Positions 50,363 to 59,917 of a DNA stretch of 64,000 nucleotides are shown here, one piece after another (the first letter of the stretch is position 1; each line of letters opens with the position of its first letter). The notes below the pieces were generated by a model. That model had not been told where the DNA came from. It saw only the letters and a program-made list of their open reading frames with translations, and did no database searches. The translations under genes and the position numbers were made by a program. This stretch comes from Candidatus Shapirobacteria bacterium (lineage in GTDB: Bacteria > Patescibacteriota > Microgenomatia > UBA12405), in assembly GCA_037142555.1 (NCBI GenBank), contig JBAXAJ010000001.1:14835-78834 (forward strand), written 5' to 3'.

Positions 50363-51947
50363 AAGTTCCATCAACACAACTTCGAAGACCATTTTTAGCC
50401 ACACATCGTCCACAAATTCCAACTCCACACATGGTCAAAAGTTCTTCTGAAGAATGAATGTTTGGCAAAGAAATTCGACTATGAACAATTTCTATTCTCA
50501 GAACTGCTTCAAGCATTCCTTTTGGACCACAATTCATGACAGTGTCTATTTTGTTTTCTCTAATAATTTGTTTTAAATCATTAGTAAAAAAGCCTTGTTT
50601 ACCTAAACTTCCATCTTCAGTATAAATAATTATATTTTTAGTGTTCCAATCACTCATGTCTGGGATATGTGCACTATCTTTAGCGCCAATTAAAACTGTT
50701 GAATCTGGATTTTCTTTTGCAAAAAGTTTTAAAGCTGCTATTCCAGTTCCACCTCCAACTAATAATAATTTTCCTTCAACTTTTGGTGAATTTCCATATG
50801 GGCCTCGAACATACAACTCATTCCCAGGTTCTAAATTTGATAAATATTCTGTAAAACAACCTCTTGTTTGGAACAAAATTTCAAAAGGTTCATTATTGTA
50901 AACTGAAAATGGTTTTTCTCCTTCTCTTGGTGACCACAACATCACAAATTGGCCAGCTTTAGCTTCAAATGGTTCTTTAAATTTTAAAGAGAATAAATCA
51001 TCCGCTATTTGTTTTATTTCCTTAACTTTAATTTTTTCATATTCAGTATTTAATTCTGTTTTTATCAGAGCCTCTGCAAAATTTGTTCCATTTTCTACAT
51101 CTTTATTTAAAACTTTGAAATAAGTTCTAATTTCCTCAGTATTCATCCCTGGCAGGGCAGCTGATCCGACTCCAAAATAGTCAGCCCCAGCATCTCTATA
51201 ACGATAAACATCTTGAGCAGTAGAAATTCCACCAGAACCAATTATTGGCAAAGATGTTCTTTTTCTAATTTCTCTGACTGCTTCAATTCCTTTTTCTAAA
51301 ATTTGTTTTCCAGATAATCCTCCACCTATTGGACTTGTTAAAACTCGATGACCATCAACTTCAAAATGTTCTGGGCCCCAAGTGTTAATTGCCGCAATTC
51401 CATCAGCTCCACCTTTCAAAACTGCATTAATGCTTTCTTCATCATAAAACTTTGGAGAAAGTTTGCCGACAACTGGTTTCCCAAATCTTTTAACTCCTTT
51501 AAAAATTTTAGTAACCAATTCACGGTCTTGAGCAATTGTTTGGCCTTTATTTACACCATGAGGGCAAGAAATATTTATTTCAAGGCCATCTACATGTGGA
51601 GCTATAATTTCAGCAACTTTACAAAATTTTTCTTCATCTTTACCAACAATTGAAGCTAATACAAATCTATTTTCAGGTTTATTGAGTTTTGAAAGTCCTT
51701 CAGCAAATTTTTCAGCTCCAGGACTGGGCAATTTAACCGCATTAATCCAGTTCCCTGGACTCATATTGGCCAAAATTGGTTCCCTATTTCCTGCTGCATA
51801 ATCTAAACTAATACTTTTTGTCGTTAAAATTCCAATTTCAGGGATGTCATAAGCCATTCTTTCTAAAACAGGTAGTTGTGTCATCACAATCCCAGATGGG
51901 ATTGTATATATACCGCTTATTTTTTTACTAAAAATCTCATTTCTCAT
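50355..51947 (-). CDS. pyrD: Dihydroorotate dehydrogenase 1B catalytic domain fused to its electron-transfer subunit (PyrD-PyrK)
   Basis: GNREP, EINISCPH, KLSP, GGLSG; then GQFVML, RGPYGN, GGGTGIA, MCGVGICGRC...CVDG. Confidence 0.9.
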   Translation of the reverse strand: MRNEIFSKKISGIYTIPSGIVMTQLPVLERMAYDIPEIGILTTKSISLDYAAGNREPILANMSPGNWINAVKLPSPGAEKFAEGLSKLNKPENRFVLASIVGKDEEKFCKVAEIIAPHVDGLEINISCPHGVNKGQTIAQDRELVTKIFKGVKRFGKPVVGKLSPKFYDEESINAVLKGGADGIAAINTWGPEHFEVDGHRVLTSPIGGGLSGKQILEKGIEAVREIRKRTSLPIIGSGGISTAQDVYRYRDAGADYFGVGSAALPGMNTEEIRTYFKVLNKDVENGTNFAEALIKTELNTEYEKIKVKEIKQIADDLFSLKFKEPFEAKAGQFVMLWSPREGEKPFSVYNNEPFEILFQTRGCFTEYLSNLEPGNELYVRGPYGNSPKVEGKLLLVGGGTGIAALKLFAKENPDSTVLIGAKDSAHIPDMSDWNTKNIIIYTEDGSLGKQGFFTNDLKQIIRENKIDTVMNCGPKGMLEAVLRIEIVHSRISLPNIHSSEELLTMCGVGICGRCVAKNGLRSCVDGTFI

Positions 51948-52969
51948 AAATTTTTATTATTATAAATTATTTCCCCATTTTTTGTTGTTCTAACTATAAT
52001 GTCTTGCATTTTCATTCCTTCAAATGGAGTCCATTTACATTTAGTCTCCAAATTCTTACCTCTAAGTATCATTGAAGAACTTTGGTCTATCTCTACAAAA
52101 GAATTTTCTTCTTCTTTAATTCCAAAGATTTTTATAGGGTTAGAATGGGTTAATTCAATTATTTTTTTACGACGAATCATTTTATATCTTTCAGCTTTCA
52201 GCAATAATTGTAAGGTTGTTTCTAGTCCAGGAACTCCAAATGGGGGATTTGCTGAAGTCTTTTCTTCTATAGTATGAGGTGCATGATCAGAGCCAATAGT
52301 GTCGATTGTTCCATCATTTATAGCTATCCAAAGTGCCCTTTGATTATATTCATCTACTAGAGGGGGTTTCATTTGTTTAAAAGGATTCCCACTTTGGCTA
52401 GAATCTAAAAATAAATGGTGAGGGGTAACTTCAGCAAAAACTTTTCCTGGTCTTTTATCTTTAGCATTTTTGATTAAATCAATTTCACTTTTCAAACTGA
52501 CATGGCAAACATACAAAATTCGATCATATTTTTCTGCCAGTTCTATGGCTGTTTTTAAAGTATTGTCTTCAGAATGAACCAAAATTGGTTTTTCACAATC
52601 CCAACTTTTGAAAATGTGATCTAATTTGTCTTTGTCAGTGACAGTAAAACCTCCAGTTGTTTCGCTCATATAAACTTTAAGACCTAAAACTTCATCGTAA
52701 CATTCTTTAAAATTTTGCTTTTCATCTCCCAGAGTTCCTAAATAAAAGCCAAAATCAACTTTCAATCCTTCAACTTTTTCTTTCTTTATTAAAATTTTCT
52801 CTTTACTATCAGTCAGTTCACTATTATTTGGCATGTCCCCAACAAAACAAACTCCACCAGCTGCAGCTGCATCAGCTGCTGTTTTCAAAGTTTCCTTATG
52901 ACTTTGTCCAAAATCTCGACAATGTGCATGAAGATCAACTCCATATGGAATTTCTAAAATTTCTTTCAT
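51944..52969 (-). CDS. pyrC: Dihydroorotase
   Basis: DLHAHCR, DMPN, EVTPHHL, MKPPL, SDHAPH; start placed at ATG 52969. Confidence 0.92.
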   Translation of the reverse strand: MKEILEIPYGVDLHAHCRDFGQSHKETLKTAADAAAAGGVCFVGDMPNNSELTDSKEKILIKKEKVEGLKVDFGFYLGTLGDEKQNFKECYDEVLGLKVYMSETTGGFTVTDKDKLDHIFKSWDCEKPILVHSEDNTLKTAIELAEKYDRILYVCHVSLKSEIDLIKNAKDKRPGKVFAEVTPHHLFLDSSQSGNPFKQMKPPLVDEYNQRALWIAINDGTIDTIGSDHAPHTIEEKTSANPPFGVPGLETTLQLLLKAERYKMIRRKKIIELTHSNPIKIFGIKEEENSFVEIDQSSSMILRGKNLETKCKWTPFEGMKMQDIIVRTTKNGEIIYNNKNL

Positions 52970-53030
52970 TGCCAAAGATTATAACTCATAATTATTTTTT
53001 TATGTCTTGGAAATTTGCCCTATATTGTAT

Positions 53031-53134
53031 TACAATAGCGCACAACTAGATTTTTAACAAAAGCGTTAAAAAATTAGAGTGTGTTTTTTTAAGCACCTTT
53101 ACATATATATGAATTTAAATTGAAAGCGGAGTAA
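53031..53134 (+). promoter_or_regulatory. pyrF-pyrE leader: -10 TACAAT, hairpin plus U7, boxA-like GCACCTTTACA, 5' pairing arm
   Basis: TACAAT 53031-53036; hairpin 53038-53084 then T-run; GCACCTTTACA 53093-53103; TGAATTTAAATT 53110-53121 complements 54709-54720. Confidence 0.65.
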
Positions 53135-54037
53135 ATGGAACAGACAGTAATGAGAGAAAATAAATTAAGGGAAGAGAAAGGATGGTTGATCAGAATGGAA
53201 AGAAATTTTATCGAAATGTTAACAAAAAAATGGAGGGAGGACAAAGGGAAATTTGTGTGCGTTGGTTTAGACAGTGATTATGAAAAATTGCCAAAATGCA
53301 TGAAAACAAAAAGTGCAGGGAATTCAATTCTTGCTTTTAATAAAGTGATTATTGATCAGACGAAGGATTTGGTTTGTGCTTACAAACCTAATCGTTCTTT
53401 TTATGCTGCTCATGGACACCTTGGTATTAAAGCATTAAGAGACACTATTTCTTATATTAAAAAAGTTGCACCGGATGTCCCTGTTATTGTGGATTGTAAA
53501 GAAGGAGACATCGGTAACACCAATGATGGTTATGTTGGTGAAAACTTTGATTACTTCGGCGCTGATGCTGTCACACTCCATAATTATCTCGGGAAAGAAT
53601 CTTTGAGTCCATTTTTAAAAAAGGCGAACAAAGGGTGTATCGTTCTTTGTCGCACGTCAAACCCTGGCGCTGGCGAATTTCAAGATTTGATTGTCGGTGG
53701 AATGCCACTATATCAATATGTTGCTCAAAGAGTTAGCCGCGAATGGAACGAAAATGGCAACTGTTTACTTGTTGTTGGGGCTACTTATCCTGAAGAACTT
53801 GGTGAAGTCAGGAAGATAGTTGGTAATATGCCAATTCTTATTCCAGGAATAGGTGCTCAGGGTGGAGACATTGAAAAAGCGGTTTTAAATGGGCAAGACA
53901 GTAATGGGGAAGGGATGATTATCAATTCTTCTCGCGGCATAATTTTTGCTTCAAAAGATCGAAACTTTGGTGAAGTGGCTCGTCTCGAAACCAAAATCCT
54001 CAGTAATGAAATAAATAAGTATCGAATCCGTAGTTAA
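53135..54037 (+). CDS. pyrF: Orotidine-5'-phosphate decarboxylase (true start may be ATG 53195)
   Basis: CVGLD, YKPN, DCKEGDIGNT, RTSNPG, VVGATYP, PGIGAQGG, NSSRGI. Confidence 0.95.
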   Translation: MEQTVMRENKLREEKGWLIRMERNFIEMLTKKWREDKGKFVCVGLDSDYEKLPKCMKTKSAGNSILAFNKVIIDQTKDLVCAYKPNRSFYAAHGHLGIKALRDTISYIKKVAPDVPVIVDCKEGDIGNTNDGYVGENFDYFGADAVTLHNYLGKESLSPFLKKANKGCIVLCRTSNPGAGEFQDLIVGGMPLYQYVAQRVSREWNENGNCLLVVGATYPEELGEVRKIVGNMPILIPGIGAQGGDIEKAVLNGQDSNGEGMIINSSRGIIFASKDRNFGEVARLETKILSNEINKYRIRS

Positions 54038-54050
54038 TGAAAAGGAGGAA

Positions 54051-54710
54051 ATGAAAATGAGTATGAATAAATTAAGTATTAAACAAATGACTTTATGTGA
54101 GCAATTGTTTGAAATTGGAGCCATCAAATTTGGTAACTACAGGTTGAAATTACATGATGATTATCCAGATGCCCCACTCTCACCAATATACTGCGATTTA
54201 CGGGCAGTACAGCATGAGCCACATACAGACAAGCTTGCAGTCGAAATCTATTATGATATGTTAAAAGATCTAGATTTTGATTTATTAGCTGGTATTCCTT
54301 TGGCTGCTGTCTCATTCACATCTTCACTCAAGAACAAGTTTTACAAAGGGATGATTACTCCAAGGACGGATAACAAAACTCATGGCAGCGGCGCGAAAAT
54401 TGACGGATTTTTCGAATCTGATGTAGGCAAAAAAGTCGTTTTAATTGACGATTTAATCACTAAAGCTAATTCAAAAATTGAAGCCGCGACCATTCTCAGG
54501 GATTCTGGAATTATTGTCACAGACGTTGTTGTCTTAATCGACAGAAACCAAGGAGGTCGTGAACAATTGGCCGAAATTGGTTTAGAATTGCATTCTGCTA
54601 TATTGTTAGATGATATGTTAGATTATTATCTAGAAACAGGAACAATCTCCAAAGAAACTTACGATGATACAGTCAAAAGACTGGAGGAATTGACTAAGTA
54701 TAGTAAGTAA
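54051..54710 (+). CDS. pyrE: Orotate phosphoribosyltransferase
   Basis: SPIYCDLR, VVLIDDLIT, VLIDR; strong SD AAAGGAGG. Confidence 0.93.
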   Translation: MKMSMNKLSIKQMTLCEQLFEIGAIKFGNYRLKLHDDYPDAPLSPIYCDLRAVQHEPHTDKLAVEIYYDMLKDLDFDLLAGIPLAAVSFTSSLKNKFYKGMITPRTDNKTHGSGAKIDGFFESDVGKKVVLIDDLITKANSKIEAATILRDSGIIVTDVVVLIDRNQGGREQLAEIGLELHSAILLDDMLDYYLETGTISKETYDDTVKRLEELTKYSK

Positions 54711-54740
54711 TTTAAATTCAATATTATTGTGTAGAGGAAG

Positions 54741-54787
54741 AGCCGGCAGGTATTTGTGTTTATTCACAATTTATCAGCCGGTTTTTT
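54741..54787 (+). terminator. Long imperfect hairpin plus U-tract after pyrE
   Basis: AGCCGGC...GCCGGTT outer stem, TTGTG/CACAA inner stem, T-run. Confidence 0.7.
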
Positions 54788-54806
54788 CTTGTCAAAAATT
54801 TGCCTC

Positions 54807-54843
54807 TTGACACTATTTAGCAGTCGGTCTATTATATTGCTAA
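54807..54843 (+). promoter_or_regulatory. hrcA promoter with a CIRCE-like operator
   Basis: TTGACA 54807-54812, 17-bp spacer, TATTAT 54830-54835; TTAGCAGTC-N9-TATTGCTAA 54817-54843 against CIRCE consensus TTAGCACTC-N9-GAGTGCTAA. Confidence 0.8.
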
Positions 54844-54844
54844 T

Positions 54845-55579
54845 ATGGCAGATTTAACTCAACGACAAATAAAAATACTTAAATGTATCGCAGAAGAGTT
54901 TATTGAAACAGCTTCTCCGGTAGGTTCCGAAACTTTAGAAAAAAAACATAATCTTGGCATTTCTTCGGCCACCATCCGAAACGAGATGTCAGCTCTGACT
55001 CAACTTGGTTTCCTTAAAAAAGGCCATTTATCAGCTGGTCGAGCCCCAACTTCTATGGGTTTGAAATATTATGTTCGCAATTTGATGGTTTCCAAAAACA
55101 TGTCAATTAGTGACGAAATCAGTGCTAAAGAAAACATTTGGGATTATCGAAATGAATTTGAAAAATTGATTAAAGAAACAACCAAAGCTCTAGCCATCAA
55201 AACTCGTTCTATGGCCATTGCCACTACCGACCAAGGTTCTATCTATTGCTATGGAGCTTCACATTTATTAGAAGAACCAGAATTCTATAACATCGATGTC
55301 ACCAAAACAGTTTTATCTTTAATCGATAACACCACTTTTTGGTTTGAAATCGTTAACAAAGCCGGCATAAGTTATGATTCTGAAGAAGTCATTCATCTTT
55401 TAATTGGTGAAGATTTAGGGATGGAACATCTAGAGCCATGTGCTTTTGTTTTCCAAACCTATGAATCTGGTCCTCACCGCGGAATTCTAGGAATAGTTGG
55501 CCCAGCTAGGTTTAAATATCAAACCGTCGTGCCAGTGGTCGATTATTTCGCTCAATTACTTTCAACAATTAGTCGTTAA
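54845..55579 (+). CDS. hrcA: Heat-inducible transcription repressor (short)
   Basis: PVGSETL, SSATIRNEM, SAGRAPT, GILGIVGP.R. Confidence 0.93.
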   Translation: MADLTQRQIKILKCIAEEFIETASPVGSETLEKKHNLGISSATIRNEMSALTQLGFLKKGHLSAGRAPTSMGLKYYVRNLMVSKNMSISDEISAKENIWDYRNEFEKLIKETTKALAIKTRSMAIATTDQGSIYCYGASHLLEEPEFYNIDVTKTVLSLIDNTTFWFEIVNKAGISYDSEEVIHLLIGEDLGMEHLEPCAFVFQTYESGPHRGILGIVGPARFKYQTVVPVVDYFAQLLSTISR

Positions 55580-55586
55580 TATTTCT

Positions 55587-56048
55587 ATGCCAAAAGATCT
55601 AAAAGTCAAAAAAACAATTTCTGAGCTGGAAGAACAATTAGCTTTATCAACTGATAAACTAGCTCGTTCTTTGGCCGATTATTCAAATCTAGAGAGAAGA
55701 ATTGAATCACAAAGACAACTTTTTGTGACTCTCGCCACTACTTCAATTTTAAGTAAAATGGTTGAAGTTTTAGACGATTTTTATCTAGCCCAAAATCATT
55801 TAAACGATCCTGGTTTAAAGATGGCTATTGATAAATTTAATTCAGTTCTTAAAATAGAAGGATTGGAGGAGATTAATCCAAAAGATACTGAATTTGATCC
55901 GCAATTTATGGAATGTATCGAAGTTGTCGAAGGTAAGGAAAACTTTGTTATTGAAGTTAAAAAACTAGGTTATAAATTAAACGGTCATGTAATTCGACCG
56001 GCTCAAGTGTCAGTAGGCAAAACTTCTGACCAAACTATTATTAATTAA
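55587..56048 (+). CDS. grpE: Nucleotide exchange factor GrpE
   Basis: RSLADYSNL.RR, FDPQFME, GY.LNG.VIRPA.V.V; start placed at ATG 55587. Confidence 0.93.
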   Translation: MPKDLKVKKTISELEEQLALSTDKLARSLADYSNLERRIESQRQLFVTLATTSILSKMVEVLDDFYLAQNHLNDPGLKMAIDKFNSVLKIEGLEEINPKDTEFDPQFMECIEVVEGKENFVIEVKKLGYKLNGHVIRPAQVSVGKTSDQTIIN

Positions 56049-56077
56049 TTAAAAGTTAATTTAAAGGAGACAAACAT

Positions 56078-57994
56078 ATGTCAAACAAAATAATCGGAAT
56101 CGATCTAGGTACTACCAACTCCTGCGTCGCTGTCATGGAAGGTGGTATCCCAAAAGTTATTATTACTGCAGAAGGTCGCAACACTATCCCTTCAGTAGTT
56201 GAACCAGTCAAGAAATTGGTTGGCGATTTAGCTAAACGTCAAATGGTTCTTAATTCCCAAAACACTATCTACAGTGTTAAGCGTCTAATGGGACGCCGAA
56301 TGGATGATCCAGAAGTCAAAAAAACTCAAGCTATTGCACCATACAAAATTGTCGCTGGTAAAGACAACATGGCTGCTGTTGAAGTTGGTGGAAAAGTTTA
56401 TACTCCACAAGAAATTTCAGCCATGATTTTACAAAAAGCCAAAGCTGATGCTGAAAAATATTTAGGTGAAAAAGTCACTGATGCTGTCATCACAGTTCCA
56501 GCTTATTTCGATGATTCTCAACGCCAAGCTACTAAACAAGCTGGAGAAATCGCTGGTCTTAATGTTCAAAGAATTGTTAATGAACCAACCGCTGCCGCTC
56601 TTGCCTATGGTCTAGACAAAAAAGGTAACGAATTAGTTGCTGTTTACGATTTAGGAGGTGGAACTTTTGATATTTCCATTCTCGAAATTGGTGGTGGAAT
56701 CTTTGAAGTTAAAGCTACAAATGGTGACACTTTCCTTGGTGGGGATGATTTTGATCAAAAAATCATTACTTGGATCATTGATGACTTCCAAAAACAAAAT
56801 GGAGTTGATTTAACCAAAGATCCTCAAGCTCTTCAAAGAGTCAGAGAAGCTGCTGAAAAAGCTAAGATTGAACTTAGTAGTGCTGCTGAAACTGAAATTA
56901 ACTTGCCATTCATCACTCAAAAAGACGGCAATCCTCTTCATTTAACTAAAAAACTAACTCGATCTGAACTAGAAAAATTAGTTGATGAATTAATTCAAAG
57001 AACCATTACTCCAGTTGAAAAAGCTCTTAAAGACGCTGGTGTCTCAAAAGCTGATATTAAAGAAATCATCATGGTAGGAGGAATGACTCGAATGCCAAAA
57101 GTCCAAGAAGTTGTCAAAAACTTCTTCGGTAAAGATTTAAACAACACCGTCAATCCTGACGAAGTTGTGGCAATCGGTGCTGCTGTTCAAGGAGCCGTTT
57201 TAACTGGTGAAGTTAAGGATGTGGTTCTTCTAGATGTCACTCCTTTAACTTTCGGAATTGAAACTGCTGGTGGTGTTCGCACTCCATTAATTGAAAGAAA
57301 CACCACAGTTCCAACCAAGAAATCTCAAATTTTCACTACTTATGCTGACAATCAACCTCAAGTGGAAATCAATGTTTTACAAGGTGAACGTCCAATGGCT
57401 ATTGATAACAAAACCCTTGGTCGCTTTGTCTTAGACGGCATCCCTCCAGCACCTCGAGGAACTCCTCAAATCGAAGTCACTTTTGACATCGATAGTAACG
57501 GGATTCTTTCTGTTTCTGCAAAAGATAAAGGCACTAACAAAGAACAAAGCATTACTATTCAAAACGCTACCAATTTGAAAGAAGAAGAAATTGAGCAAAT
57601 GAAGAAAGATGCTGAGGCTCATGCTAGGGAAGATGAAGAAAAGAAAGGTCTAGCTGAAGCTAAAAACAAGCTTGATGCCACCATTTTCTCCGGTGAAAAA
57701 ACCTTAAAAGATTTTGCTGATAAGGTCAAAGCCGAAGATAAAGAAAAAATTGAAGAAAAACTTAAAGAAGCTAGAGAAATCTTAGCTAAAACTGAAGCTA
57801 ATAAAGATGAATTAGACAAAGTTTCAGAAGAGTTAAATCAAATTCTTCAAACTGTCGGTGCTGCTATTTATCAACAACAAGCTCCACCAACTGGTGCTCC
57901 AGGTGAAGAAGCTGCTCCAGAAGCAGAAGATGCAAAAGCTGCTGCTCCAACTGATGATAAAAAAGAAGCTGAAGAAGGGGAAATCGTAAAATAA
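56078..57994 (+). CDS. dnaK: Chaperone DnaK
   Basis: [30 protein letters not shown]; SD AAAGGAG. Confidence 0.98.
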   Translation: MSNKIIGIDLGTTNSCVAVMEGGIPKVIITAEGRNTIPSVVEPVKKLVGDLAKRQMVLNSQNTIYSVKRLMGRRMDDPEVKKTQAIAPYKIVAGKDNMAAVEVGGKVYTPQEISAMILQKAKADAEKYLGEKVTDAVITVPAYFDDSQRQATKQAGEIAGLNVQRIVNEPTAAALAYGLDKKGNELVAVYDLGGGTFDISILEIGGGIFEVKATNGDTFLGGDDFDQKIITWIIDDFQKQNGVDLTKDPQALQRVREAAEKAKIELSSAAETEINLPFITQKDGNPLHLTKKLTRSELEKLVDELIQRTITPVEKALKDAGVSKADIKEIIMVGGMTRMPKVQEVVKNFFGKDLNNTVNPDEVVAIGAAVQGAVLTGEVKDVVLLDVTPLTFGIETAGGVRTPLIERNTTVPTKKSQIFTTYADNQPQVEINVLQGERPMAIDNKTLGRFVLDGIPPAPRGTPQIEVTFDIDSNGILSVSAKDKGTNKEQSITIQNATNLKEEEIEQMKKDAEAHAREDEEKKGLAEAKNKLDATIFSGEKTLKDFADKVKAEDKEKIEEKLKEAREILAKTEANKDELDKVSEELNQILQTVGAAIYQQQAPPTGAPGEEAAPEAEDAKAAAPTDDKKEAEEGEIVK

Positions 57995-57995
57995 A

Positions 57996-58859
57996 ATGAA
58001 AAAAGATTTTTACGAAACTCTAGGTGTCACCAAAAGTGCCTCAAAAGATGAAATAAAAAGCGCCTATCGCAAGATGGCGCTTAAAAATCATCCTGATCGC
58101 AATAAATCTCCAGACGCTGAAGAAAAATTCAAAGAAATAAATGAGGCTTATGAAGTTCTAAGTAATGACCAAAAAAAGTCAGCTTATGATCAATATGGCC
58201 ATTCTGCTTTTGACCAATCTTCAGGCGGTTTTGGTGGTCACACCTACAGCCAACAAAATGGTCCATTCAGTTATACCTACACCAATTCTGCCAGCGGCAA
58301 TCCTTTTGGCAATTCTGGTTTTGATTTTGAAGGTTTCAATAATCCTTTTGATATTTTTGAACAATTCTTTGGTGGCAGTTTTGGTCAGCAACAACGAAAC
58401 ACCAAAAAACTTCATACTTATCGAGTCCAAATTTCCTTTTTAGAAGCTGCCAAAGGTGTCGAAAAAGAAGTTGAAATCGAGGGTAAAAGAAAGAAAATCA
58501 AAATTCCAGCTGGTGTTGATGATGGTCAAAGAATCCGTTTTAATGATTTCATTTTATACATCGATGTTAAGCCAGACAAAGTTTTTAAACGAGAAAATAA
58601 TGATGTTTTTGTCAACATAAACATCACTTTTGCTCAAGCTTCCATTGGTGATGACATTGAAGTCCCGACTCTCGATGGTTCTCTTAAAGTCAAAATTAAA
58701 GCGGGGACTCAACCAAACACTCTAATCCGTCTTCGTGATAAAGGTATTCAAGACGTCAACGGCTATGGTCGTGGTGATTTATATATCAGATTATTGGTCG
58801 TAGTTCCAAGTCACCTAAACTCCAGACAAAAACAACTATTAAAAGAATTAGGTCTATAA
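57996..58859 (+). CDS. dnaJ: DnaJ-family co-chaperone without zinc finger (class B)
   Basis: J domain with HPD, G/F-rich region, C-terminal domain, no CxxCxGxG. Confidence 0.9.
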   Translation: MKKDFYETLGVTKSASKDEIKSAYRKMALKNHPDRNKSPDAEEKFKEINEAYEVLSNDQKKSAYDQYGHSAFDQSSGGFGGHTYSQQNGPFSYTYTNSASGNPFGNSGFDFEGFNNPFDIFEQFFGGSFGQQQRNTKKLHTYRVQISFLEAAKGVEKEVEIEGKRKKIKIPAGVDDGQRIRFNDFILYIDVKPDKVFKRENNDVFVNINITFAQASIGDDIEVPTLDGSLKVKIKAGTQPNTLIRLRDKGIQDVNGYGRGDLYIRLLVVVPSHLNSRQKQLLKELGL

Positions 58860-58909
58860 GTAAGCCTTTTTTCTGGTATAATATCCCTAGCTTATTTAGC
58901 TTTATTAAT

Positions 58910-59896
58910 ATGGACTTAAAAAAACTACCAAAAACAGAGTTTGCAGTCGCTGTAGCTCAAATTGCAGGAGAACGTAATATTGATGTTCAATCAATATTAG
59001 ATTCAATTGAATTTGGTCTAATTTCTGCCTACAAACGTGATCAAAAAGAACATGGTGTCATAATTTCTGAGACCGACGTTTTTGGTGTCGAACTTTCTCC
59101 AGAAAGTGGATCTTTCAAAGTCTATCTTATTGAAGATGATAAAAAAACTGATGTAACCCCTCCAGGTTTTGGTCGAATTGCCGCTCAAACAGCTAAACAA
59201 GTCATCGATCAAAAAATTCACGAAGCTGAAAAAGAATCAGTTGTTGTTGAATACGAAAAAAAACTTAACTCTCTAATCACTGGTATAGTCTTAAAAGTTG
59301 ATCCTTTTAAAGCTGTTATTGGCGTCGGCAAAACCGAAGCTATTTGTCCAAAAGATGAACAAATTCGTGGTGAAAACTTAATTTTAGGTTCAAAAAAAGT
59401 ATTTTTATTAAAAAACATCATCAGAAGTGAAGATGGTCGAAGCGAAATCATTCTTTCTAGAAGAGATCCTGAATTCGTTAAAGAAGTCTTCATCAGAGAA
59501 GTTCCAGAAGTTGGAAATGGCACTGTCAAAATTGAAAAAATTGCCAGAGCTGCTGGTGAAAGAACTAAAATTGCTGTTTCTTCAACTCAAGCTGGTGTTG
59601 ATCCAGTTGGATCTTGCATTGGTCAAAAAGGTTCTCGAATCCAATCAGTTTTAAGCGAACTACCAACTGAAGAAAAAGTTGATGTCGTTCTCTATTCAAA
59701 AAATCTTAATCAATTTATTATTCAATCTCTATCTCCAGCTCAAGACGTTAAGATTATCTCTGTTAATGAACAAGTTGCTGTTGTTTCTGTTCCTGAAAGC
59801 CAACTAGCCCTAGCTATTGGTGGCGGTGGTGAAAATGTCCGATTAGCTGGCCAATTGGTTGGTTTAGAGATCAAAATTACTCAAGAAACAGAATAA
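58910..59896 (+). CDS. nusA: Transcription factor NusA
   Basis: FGRIAAQTAKQV, EVPE, GERTKIAV, CIGQKGSRI, LAIG..GENVRLA. Confidence 0.96.
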   Translation: MDLKKLPKTEFAVAVAQIAGERNIDVQSILDSIEFGLISAYKRDQKEHGVIISETDVFGVELSPESGSFKVYLIEDDKKTDVTPPGFGRIAAQTAKQVIDQKIHEAEKESVVVEYEKKLNSLITGIVLKVDPFKAVIGVGKTEAICPKDEQIRGENLILGSKKVFLLKNIIRSEDGRSEIILSRRDPEFVKEVFIREVPEVGNGTVKIEKIARAAGERTKIAVSSTQAGVDPVGSCIGQKGSRIQSVLSELPTEEKVDVVLYSKNLNQFIIQSLSPAQDVKIISVNEQVAVVSVPESQLALAIGGGGENVRLAGQLVGLEIKITQETE

Positions 59897-59917
59897 TTTC
59901 TCTTTCTTAAAAAAACT

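Noticed and set aside
55497-55586. N-terminal extensions in the ORF track (grpE, OFOR-beta, ORF 33444, ORF 62224)
   Set aside because: They arise from upstream alternative start codons overlapping the previous gene or leader; downstream ATGs fit family N-termini and start signals better.
57996-58859. dnaJ lacking the zinc finger as a possible pseudogene
   Set aside because: The ORF is continuous, and zinc-finger-less class B J-proteins are common.
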